This document shows, one piece after another, positions 52,472-64,000 of a stretch of DNA of 64,000 bases. Both the position numbers and the translations under genes were made by a program. Position 1 is the stretch's first letter. The number at the start of each line of letters is the position of its first letter. The stretch spans positions 177,196,001 through 177,260,000 of the forward strand of contig OX597816.1 of NCBI GenBank assembly GCA_951406725.2, given 5' to 3'. Origin of the DNA: Octopus vulgaris. Taxonomy: Eukaryota. The notes under the pieces are model-generated. The model ran no database searches and was not told where the DNA came from. It was given only the letters and a program-made list of their open reading frames with translations.

Positions 52472-53972
52472 ATATATATATAGGGAGAGACAGAGAGAGA
52501 GGGGGGGGGTTGATACACAAACGTATTTACAGAACCTTACTCTTCCCCTTCTTTCTTATTTGACGACCACCCAGGGTGGATGTAAGGAGCAGTGCTTGTA
52601 AAAAAAGCGAGCAAACTAACAGCGATAGAAATGTTCGCCATATCGGTAGCAAGAGTAAAGGCAACATTTTGAACAAGAACACCAACGCAAGCAAGAACCA
52701 CCATAGCATCAATAGTAACAAAAAGAGCAACAGGGGCAAGCTGGCAGAAACGTTAGGACGCCAGACGAAATGCTTAATGCTATTTCGTCTGCCGCTACGT
52801 TCTGAGTTCCAATTCCGCCGAGGTCGACTTAGCCTTTCATCCTTTCGGGGTCAATTAAGTAAGTACCAGTTACATACTGGGGTCGTTATAATCGACTTAA
52901 TCACTTTGTCTGTCCTTGTTTTCCCGCCTTGTGGGCAATAAAGAAATAAGAAACGTTAGCATGCCGGACGAAATGCTTAGCGGTATTTCGTCTGCTGCTA
53001 CGTTCTGAGTTCCAATTCCGCCGAGGTGAACTTTGCCTTTCATCCTTTCGGAGTCAATTAAATAAGTACCAGTTACGCATTGGGGTCGATATAATCGACT
53101 TAATCCATTTGTCCTTGTTGTCCCCTCTGTGTGTAGCCCCTTGTGGGCAGTAAAGAAATAGGTATTTCGTCTGTCTTTACGTTCTGAGTCCAAATTCTGC
53201 CGAAGCCGACTTTGCCTTTCATCCTTTCGGAATCGATAAATTAAAGCAATGGAGGTGAACAAAACACTAATGCAACTGATGCAATGTCGATAACAACAAT
53301 AGCAACAGCAATAAGAATAGTAACAACTACGCCAACAGCTGCAAAAGAGCCTGTGGAAACAGTACCAGTGGTGGAACCAACATGGCCAGCAATAGCGACT
53401 GAGTTGGCAGTAAATAATGAGTGTAACAAAACATTCACCTCCCGGGGGATCATCCCAGTACTCTACTCACCTTGTACGTGCAAAAACAAACGCATACGGG
53501 AACACATGTTCTTGACCCTGTACGAGTCGGAATTTTTTAATCATACCTCTGGTCAGGAGGAGTGGTGGAAAGAAAAGAATCAAAACCGAAAGTAACACGA
53601 TCCCCACATCGACGTCAAACAACGTTAAATCTACAACAAATACATCAACACCCCCACCACTCCCACTCACAGCAAGAATAATAAAACACAAACAAAATAA
53701 CAATGAACACAAGAGAAAACCAGTGAACACAAACCCAACAAGAACCAACACCCACGTCGGCTGGGCTCAGTATGTATAGACAAAGTGGAAGGGAAATAAG
53801 TCATATCTTTTAGTATATGGATTCATAAGCTTTTTTTTCATTGGTTGAAATGATATTGGTCGAATCAGGGGGGATCCGACTCCCAGCATATTCTGGTGAT
53901 ATATATTTTATTGAATGTTTTAAGATAAAATAAATGATAATATTTTTGTTATAAAATTGAGATGTTTAAATT
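50915..53972. repeat. Pair of 305-bp near-identical inverted repeats (50915-51219 and 53668-53972) enclosing ~2.45 kb
   Basis: Direct reverse-complement match with only a few differences around GGATCC. Confidence 0.9.
52735..53243 (+). mobile_element. Tandem or nested SINE-A array (three units)
   Basis: Repeated CGTTCTGAGTTCCAATTC cores with Tx1-type tails ending at 52948 and 53160. Confidence 0.85.
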
Positions 53973-55029
53973 TGGGAATGAACTACTAACTGTTCTCCTT
54001 TATTATCAAAAATATTTTCTGTTAGTTCTGTTGTGCAGCACCTGAACAAGTGATTTTTACTCGAACCCCGACCGACTAACTCTTTGTGCGTGAATTTGAC
54101 GGAAACTGTGTGGAAGCCGATCACATATGTGTATTTGTGTGTATATTTATATGAGTGTGCGCATCTTTGTGTTTGTCCCACACAGATTGACAACGGGTGT
54201 TGGTTTGTTTATGTCCAAGTAAACTAGTTGTTCGACGAAAAGAAACCCACATAATAAGCAGCAGACTTGAAATAGGTACTGAGGTTCATTTGTTCAATTA
54301 AATCTTTCAAGGTGGTTCCCCAATGTGCCCCAATGTCCTATTATTGAAACAAGTAAAAGAATAACAAAGTGTTGCATGAATCTATAAAACCAGAATACAC
54401 TACATTTAGCGCTGTTGGACAATTCAAAATGTAAGGTAAACCTTTTCTAATGAAACTGAAATTATTAGCCACGCTATGAAAAAATAAACAACGTGGTTAC
54501 TCCACAAGATTTATCTCTCTAAGGATAGGAAAGAAAAAAAACAACAAAAAACGGGATCAATCTGACTACTTTTTATTCTTACATCTTCACCAGAAAAAGA
54601 TTCTTCAAAAATCTGAACTCGGGACTGAGAGTAGCGGCCTTGTTCGGACACCGGGTTTGAATAACTCTAATTTTTACTCATTTACTACAGCTGATTCAAA
54701 ATGATTGATTGTTTTTATCTTTGGAGTCACTTCACGGCGACAACCTCGCGCTAAGACTATGAAGGACTGTATAAAGAAGAAAAAGGAAAATTTCATACAT
54801 TAAAGAAAACTGGAGAGAAAAATAAAGAGAGCATCTCAGTCTATTAACAGCGGAAAGATTGATAACCCATAACTATATAATCCCCAAATTTCAGATTATC
54901 CAATATACACAATATTAAGCATAATTACTGAACTAACAACGCTTGCAATTGATATAAATACTTATAAACTAACAATTTCTCCATCTAAAAACAAAACAAA
55001 AGAAAATAACTAAAAAAAAATATTTACAG

Positions 55030-55895
<866 letters not shown>

Positions 55896-57728
55896 TCAGG
55901 GCAATATCAATATTGTTCTAGCGATGGACAGATTTAGGTATTCGCTTATATATAAAAAACAAAAATTGCAGGTACCTTTTAGTCATCTAACTGCGGCCAT
56001 GCTGGAGCACCGCCTTCAAAGTTTTTAATGGAACAAATCGACTCTAGTTCCTACTTTTTAAAGACTGGTGCTTATTCTGTCGATCTCTTAACAGCACCGT
56101 TAAGTTACGGGGACGTAAACAAGCCAACACCGAATGTCAAGCAGTGGAGGAGAATAAGCATAGAACAAAGACAAACTCGCGCGCGCACACACATACACAG
56201 ACGCGCGCGCGCGAACTTCTTTCAGTTTCCGCCTGCTAAATCTACTCACAAGATACTGTCTTATGTTTGTACACAAAGCTGGAGTTTTTTCACTCTGCTT
56301 TTAGTTTTCTTCGTGAATGTCCAGCCTGGACCAACAGTAATGTTTTTTTGTGTGTGTGTGAGTGAGTATTTTGTTTTTGTGTGTGTCGTTGTCAATTACT
56401 ATATAAATCTTTACCTCAACTTAGGGAGTGTGTGAATATTCTTGTAGGCCATACTTATAACATGACTCATATATAGCTCGTTGGTTTTAAGCGCATTGTC
56501 GTGGGCACGTCTCATTTATTTTTTATATTTATTATGAAGAATCCCAATAATTTCCAATGTACATTGATGTTTATTTTATTATGCATGTTGATGTTCTTAG
56601 TTATTTTAATACTGCAAAACAAAAAAAAAAAAAGGCCCGAGACAATATGTTAGATTATATAAAATTATTCTCTTTATGGTCTGCTGTCATGAATATAATT
56701 GCTATGTAGTCGTTTCATCTGCTAGAAATAGCAGTGGAATTGGAATTCACTCAAATCACGTCCAATCGTTTTAAAATAGAAAAACATCGGAAATGTGTTT
56801 CTAGGCATAAGAAATGATGAAATAGTCACGGCTAGAACGTCTCACATCACAGGCCTGCTGATATCATCTGAACTGACCAACTTGTATCTTTCAGTACAGG
56901 CAAGGCAAAATGAGTAAGTCCTGATTTCTCGTCATTTTCTCTTTACATATTTCAAACCATTACATTGAAAGTATTGCATCGTCATTTTCTACTGTTGCAT
57001 CATCCTTAGGAGTAAAAATTGGCCAGAATAGAAGTTGTTGAAGTTGAGAGGTTGAAACATATTTAAGGGGCAGGAACGTTGTTTTTTTTTACGGGAAATT
57101 TTTCTCGACTTTGACCCGATTGTAATTGAATTTGCTAATAAAATATCGGTAATTTTTTATGTTTAACAACTAATATTCTTTTCTCTGTTGGATTCCAAGT
57201 TAATTTTTCCCACACAAATGTATAATTTGCTAAATTTCAATTTTAAAACGATGACGTCTATACTGGGGCAAAATGAGTCATGGATAACTTCAATAATTTC
57301 TTCTCTCTACCTGAATGGTACGTAAATATATCAAGAAGAGAATCACTCTAGCAGACCCTGAATAGATTATAGATACTATTTTAGGCTGAGTTTTAAACTT
57401 AGTTGAGTTTTGTTAACTTCATATCATGTGCCATTTACCCTGATCCTCTTTCATTTGATCCAGATATCTAAAATTTTATTTTGCATTTCTGATTGTTCTG
57501 ATATTTGAGGATGGATATTGATGCGTATGAGTCTTTTTTCAAATGTAATTCTGGAGGATTGAAGGTTCGAGTCAGCAGAGAAGGCTCGTGAGTTTTCGAC
57601 TCGAACCTTGCAAAGTGGAAATATATAATGCTATTGCCTTTATATCTGGGACACAGAAGGTCCTAGCTAAAGATAAAGAATATCCCACCGGAGGTAGAGG
57701 TCGCGTGGATCGTGGCTACTCTTTTATT

Positions 57729-57778
<50 letters not shown>

Positions 57779-57779
57779 C

Positions 57780-60655
57780 AAAATCAACATAATCCAGATC
57801 TCCAGAGACGTCCCACAATTCTGGCGCGGTCAAACTCTGGAGATCCTGGCACCACTATAGTGGCATTCAAAAACAGCAACAAAAATACAGAAGGGGTTAT
57901 TAAACCACACCAACAAACTTTATTGTATGTTAACAGCGACAGCAGAAGTTCTGTTACAATCGGGAAAATTTCCCGAAAGTTGTACGCGGAACTAAAGGGA
58001 AGGAACCCTAAAGAAATCGCAGAACTTAAAGAACTCCCGAAAGTGTTCAACCCGCCGGTAGAACCAAACCTTGAGGAGAGGAAGGGGGAGGGGGAACAGG
58101 TCTCAGTAGGACTGAGAACAACCCCACTCGAAAGATGAAAGAGCAGGCAAGCTCGACTTTCTTTTTTGGTTTATGACATGCCTACACTATGTATAGATTG
58201 CTTGAATGTACGCAGCCTGGGCTCCAAGGGGAAACAGGCTTGTTTTCTCGACGACCTCAGGCCACACAGAATTGATGTTATGGTTACTACAGAGACCAAG
58301 TTGGACAAGCTACAGGCCTTCTCAACTCTCCTGAATGGCTCTGAGAAAATCATGTCTCCTAGTCGGACAGGGTGGAAGGGAGGCGTTGTAGTTTTGCTCC
58401 GGAAAAACTAGGCCCTGCAGACACGTACAATCTTCGTGGACCCAGAAGGCGAGTCGGTCGTTTTGGATCTAATATTCAGAGGTAAGGCCTTTAGGTTGAC
58501 ATTTACGCGCCTGGCAAGACAGGCAAACGGAATGAGTTCTATCAACGTCTGGATAACTTTCTTGTGACGTCAAAGACACTAGTTTTGCTAGGAGACTTTA
58601 ACGCTGTTCTGGTTGGACGCCAAGACAGCGTAGGCTCGAACGATAGATGTAACTCACGCCTCGTCGATCTGCTGAAGCGATTTATGCTGGCAGATCGATA
58701 CAAACTTGATAATCCGAGCATTCCAATGTAGACTTGGAGTAATAAGGACAGATCAATCGGGTCTTATATAGGCAGGATAATAGTTAATGCTAGAGATAAG
58801 TCTAGTTTTAGCTGTCCACAGTTCACCTATGTACCCTACACAGATCACAAATTAGTGACATGTAGGATGCATATAGATAAGGTCCATAGACAGGGATCTG
58901 GTGAACAAGTTCCTACTGGATTGCGAAACTCACCGTAGCCAGATTAAGGAGTTAGTAATGAAGGCACTAATCGGCACTGTGTTAAATAACCGGTGGTGGT
59001 GTCCCCTCAAAAAAGCCATCCGACTTGGGTCTATTAGATTTAGAAAGTAGTCAAGTCTAGAACAGACTAGAGTAGAAAGAGATCTAGTTAAGGCATTAGA
59101 AGAGGCGCTGAGAATGGGCTCTGCACCCCAAGTTTTGGCGGCGAGATCGGCTTTGGACCGACACCTCAATGTCAAACACGAAGTACGTGCACTGGGTCGC
59201 GAGGAAACCAACGTTGCCTGGTGGGCTCACTCAGTAGAAACCCAATACGATAAGGTCTGTGGTAAACGAACATGGACAGGAGATCCAAGGACAGGAAGAG
59301 ATGTGCAAGGTCTTCAACGAGCACCATGCTGCGTTGTTCGGGAGGAGCGGGACGCTGGACCATGGAGATGCCCTGCTGGATTTCCTGGCCGGTGGCTCGC
59401 GTCTCTCGGCACGTGACGCTGAGCGCTGTGAAGAGCTGATCACTGCTGAGGAAGTCATAGAGGTGCTTTCCGAGTGCCCCGGGGACAAGTCACCGGGATT
59501 GGATGGTCTACCTTACGAATTTTATAAAAGTATGCCAGACTTGTTCGGGAACATACTGGCCAGTGTGTACGCGAATTGGCAGCAGAATGGGAGAATTCTC
59601 AAAGCTGTGAACTGAGGAGTGGTGACACTGATCAAGAAGGACCCGAACAAGGGGGATAACATAAATGATTTTTGGCCCATAACTCTGCTAAACACAGAGT
59701 CAAAGATTTTGGCCAAGGTGCTAGCCAAGAGAGTGAGAATTGTCGTAGGCGATCAGTTGGGAGAGACGCAGACATGTGTCATCCCAGGAAGGACGATACA
59801 TAACAACCTTCATCTCATTCGCTACACCATAGAGAGGGTTGGTAAGGTTCCTGGCATGGCTGGGGCACTGGTGAATTTAGACCAGTCTAAGGCATTTGAT
59901 AGGGTTGACCATCGGCATCTGGCGGCGGTCCTTCGGGCGGTCGGACTGGGCCCGACTTTCCGTGGCTGGATCGAAGCCTTGTATTACAATACAAGGCTTC
60001 GATCCAGTTGTCCTGTTCGCTATCGAGCATTCAGTTCGCCAGGGCTGCTCCCTGTCCCCACTCCTGTATGTATTGGTTCTTGAGCCACTGCTGTGGAGAT
60101 TGGAGACTAAGGGGGAAGACCCGCGTGATCTATGTTACGGTAGAAGTGCGACGGCATATGCGGATGATGTCACCATCGTCGTGTCTGATGAAGGGCAGCT
60201 ACCTCATGTAGAAGACGCCATCAAAGGATACGAAGCGGTGGCAGGGGCAAAAATTAACCAGGATAAATCAGTCGGCTTGCAACTAGATATCTGGCGTGGC
60301 AAGTCGATGCCTCCCAACAGCGTCATCGGGCGCTGGACGGAGGGCCCGGTTAAATTGCTCGGAATCTAGTTTGGACCAGATCTCCAGGTGGAGAAAAATT
60401 GGAGCGAGGTGACGAGCACGGTGACGGCCATAACACAAACTTGGTCTAGGAGGACGTAATCCTTGCTAGGGAGGGCCGAGGTTGCACAGGTGTTTATAGC
60501 ATCTGTGATAACCGTCGTGCTTGCCCCAATTTGTGGTTGACCAAGTTGGAACGGATCTTTTTCAGCTTTTTGGGGATAGGGAAAACACCACTTGTGAGAC
60601 GCTCCATCTGCTGCCAGAAACCGTTAAAGGGTGGGCTGGGGATGCCTTGGCGTAG
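57780..60655 (+). mobile_element. Tx1-clade LINE fragment: ORF1 tail plus ORF2 pseudogene from 58178, 3'-truncated
   Basis: CLNVRSL, GDFNA, TDHK, KSPGLDGLPYEFY, LDQSKAFDRVDH, VRQGCSLSPLLY, YADD and GGLGMP, with several stops and frameshifts. Confidence 0.9.
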
Positions 60656-61563
60656 TGGACATTGTAAAGTGAATGTCATCTTCTAGTGGGCTGAGTTAGA
60701 GAGTTAATTCAAAATCCCATTTAGAGTTAAGAATTAAATTCAGTTCTTTTTTTTTTTCTTCACAGTGTCATTTTCTAAGATTAAGTTATGCTTTTGCGTC
60801 GATTCTAGATTTTGTTTTAGTCCAGATCAGCCCTGCTCTAGCATACATTATCAAAACACTTTACCTACTGTGGCCACTCTGCTTTTTTCCTAGATTGTGT
60901 ATGGCTTCTAAATTATCCTTTGTTGCCGTCGTTTAGTCTCCAGTCACTTCTCACCGAGCAAATTAATGCTGTTTCATCCTTTTGTTTTATAGGACCACAT
61001 TATCTGGGTTACCCCTCCCTTTTTTGAGACAGTAGGGTGTAGTTTGAAGGAGATACGACCACGTAGGGGTTTGTTCATTGGCTCATTATTTTCTCTTAAA
61101 AAATGTCTGATTTGAGGATGAAAGATGACTACTATTTCTAGTATACTGAGCGACGTACATACATTCGCGTTTAGCTCGTTTTCTTTTCTTAAACGGTAGG
61201 TCATGATTTATTTAAGATAGATTTAGCTACTGTTTCTAGGAGATCAAATGACCACATAGAGAGCCTCTTGTTGGCTCACTGATTCAAGAAAGTTTTCTGT
61301 TGGTTATTGACAGACAATGATAGTTGCAGGAGAAAAATAAACCAAGAAAAAAATAAACTCTCCTTTCTTCTTCATCGCAGTTCTTTTATTTTTGTTTGGA
61401 GTTAACAAGTACTTTAGTATGACGTAGCTTGCCTGAATTGTTCTTTAGCAAGCTTCAAACAGCTGTTAAATCTAGGATTGAACTTCCTTCAGCTGCTGTT
61501 CTTTCAGCGATGAAATCAATCCTTTTCCTCCACACAGACACACATGGAGACAGTCTTCTCTTC

Positions 61564-61603
<40 letters not shown>

Positions 61604-61946
61604 ATATTCTGTTTTTTTTTTTTCTTTCAAATTCATGCTGTTACCCCTTTCATTACTATCATTCCTATCATCATCGTTATTGGCACTTCACGTTCTGTGT
61701 TCAGATCCTGCCAAAGTCCACTTGCCTTCCGTCTACCCGTAATCAATGAAATATATTACCTGTCAAATACTGAGCTTGATTTAATAAAATACTACCGCCC
61801 CCAAATTCTTAGCAGAATCGTTTGCACGTCGGACAAAATGTTTCGCGGCATTTCGTCCATCATCACGTTTTGAGTTCAAATTCCACCAAGGTTTACTTTG
61901 CCTTTCACTCTTTCTGGGTCGATAAAATTCTTCTTCTTTTCGAAGG

Positions 61947-62496
61947 AAGATTTTCCTTCTCTTCCTTCAGCCATTCCAGTCCATGACTGAGTTGACGTGA
62001 GAGAACGACGGCTGCGGCACCAACAACCTGAATATCATCCGGCCACTAGAAAGTGACACTATCGTAGGGTGAATCTGCAGATTAAACATTAAATCTCGTT
62101 CGAAATCATTGTTTTCACCCGTTTCGTGTTGTTCTCGCTGTAACATATTTGTTATAATTTGTTATTAAGAGTACCAGGGATCTTTTGACTGGTGCTCTGT
62201 GATTATTTTGCCACGTAATTGATATTGTGCCTAAAACAAAGACGATCGTTTAGCATTTAAAAAAAATACATATACAAGATAACATCAACAACAGCCATGA
62301 AGGGAGCATCGAAGGGAAGAACCGTTCCTCTCACCAGCCCTCTTACTGCCTAAGATTTTCCTTCTCTTCCTTCAGCCATTCCAGTCCATGACTGAGTTGA
62401 CGTGAGAGAACGACGGCTGCGGCACCAACAACCTGAATATCATCCGGCCACTAGAAAGTGACACTATCGTAGGGTGAATCAGCAGATTAAACATTA
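61947..62496 (+). repeat. 145-bp direct repeats (61947-62091 and 62352-62496) with a 260-bp spacer
   Basis: The two copies differ at one position by inspection. Confidence 0.9.
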
Positions 62497-62498
62497 CC

Positions 62499-62732
62499 TA
62501 TTTCTTTATTACTCACAAGGGGCTAAACATAGAGGGGACAAACATGGACAGACATAGGTATTAAGTCGATTATATCGACCCCAGTGCTTAACTGGTACTT
62601 AATTTATCGACCCCGAAAGGATGAAAGGCAAAGTCGACCTCGGCGGAATTTGAACTCACAACGTAACGACAGCCGAAATACCGCTAAGCATTTCGCCCGA
62701 CGTGCTAACGATTCTGCCAGCTCGCCGCCTTA
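62499..62732 (-). mobile_element. Young full-length SINE-A with Tx1-type tail and 16-bp TSD
   Basis: TSD CAGATTAAACATTACC at 62483-62498 and 62733-62748. Confidence 0.9.
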
Positions 62733-62789
62733 CAGATTAAACATTACCACCACCCTACTACTATCACCAGTAGTAGCCCTACGTTAAGC

Positions 62790-64000
62790 ATGCCGAAGGA
62801 CAACGGAGAGAGTGCAAACAAGAGCAAACCCACTTCCACCGCCACCTCCACCACCACCACCACCACCACCACCACTATCATTGCCGTCACATGCACAAGC
62901 ACAAATACAACGTAAACAGCAGCCGTTGTTATTTCTATATCGAATGGGTACGGTTTCGCACAAGCATGTCGACTGGAGAAAGATGACGTGTCAGAAAAAA
63001 CGTTAGGTGACGCCAAAGCGCATTTATCAAAGATTGGCAGAATACTATTTCTAAACACGCCGAAGTAATACGAGAAGATACTAAAAAAAAAAAAAAGGAA
63101 GAAAGAAAAAGAAAAAGGACAAACTATTATCTACAAGTATATTTCAAGAAAAGCCAGGAGACTGGAGCGAGCAGCGAAGGCCCAGATTAAAAAGTGCCTA
63201 AAACAAGTCTGGGGATAAAAACTTATGTCGTCTGTGGGAAACGCTTTAGCACAGTTGAGGTGAGATTCCCAGTTGAAGAAAAAGCCAAAGAAAGTGCAAA
63301 AACAACCCGCAAAATAAAGAACTGTGGCTCATTCCGCCATACCTCGATCGGGGATATGTTAAAATAAAGGTAGCAAGGGTACCACCAGAAGTGAACATCT
63401 TTTTACTGGCATCGAGATTAAAACAACAATTATCCCAGTGCGCAAAATGTGAAAGGAAATTTGGTCAGGCATGGGAATAGAATTATCGATACAGGACGAT
63501 TGGTTAAGTATCGAAGTTATTCCTGATCTAACCAACCTCCCTAACGGTATACAGCTATTCGTAGTTGTCGAGGACAGAAAGCCGGGATTTCACATTTGTG
63601 GCGAGACAAACCACTTAAAGGTTTCTGCCCAATGCAAAGAACAGGAAAAAAACTACCGCTGCAGACACCTCAAAAACAACAACAACATCAACATCAAAAG
63701 CAACAGCAATAGAATCACCACTACCACCACCACCACCACCACTAACAACAATAACAACTACGACAACAACAATAGCATCAGTGCCAAGAGCAGCAGCATC
63801 CGAAAGAACAACAACATGAAGAGAAGGAGCAGCAGGAGAGATTCATTCAAAATTAGCAGCAAGCACTGTTACAGCACACACACAAAAAATATCAATAACA
63901 TCACCTATACTATCGCAACCGAAAAAAGCCTCACCCATACCAGTCGACCAGACCCCAACTTAGAAATGCACGACTGTGCAGACATAATTCCACCGCCTCT
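62790..64000 (+). mobile_element. Tx1-clade ORF1 pseudogene running off the window
   Basis: YVVCGKRFSTVEVRFPVEEKA, WSGMGIEL, LPNGIQLFVVVE and a degenerate zinc knuckle (FHICGETNHLK), then a CAA/ACC-rich tail. Confidence 0.75.

Overview
AT-rich, repeat-dense eukaryotic DNA, most likely an octopus/cephalopod genome (inferred from the SINE families, microsatellite load and LINE repertoire). Only one host-gene exon is supported: 27401-27854 (-). It is a first coding exon encoding a signal peptide plus an NtA/neuregulin-2/Vein-type N-terminal domain and ends at a perfect CAG|GTAAGT donor, so positions 1-27400 are probably its intron. The rest is transposon debris. There is one near-full-length Tx1-clade LINE plus at least five partial ones, CR1-like, RTE-like and R4/Dong-like fragments, a full-length dead mariner, a Chapaev3-like transposon, Helitron and MITE remnants, three SINE families and many microsatellites. 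Two signals stand out. First, short non-coding elements embedded in (TA)n tracts carry type-I hammerhead-ribozyme folds: one fully canonical at 45920-45966, several with a recurring CCGA core variant, and one pair inside a perfect 214-bp palindrome. These resemble Penelope/retrozyme-like elements. Second, a tRNA-derived SINE carries a 3' tail matching the Tx1 LINE 3' end and repeatedly abuts GGTA(T/A)T. Most listed ORFs are microsatellite or SINE read-through artefacts. Coordinates were counted by eye and no database searches were run.
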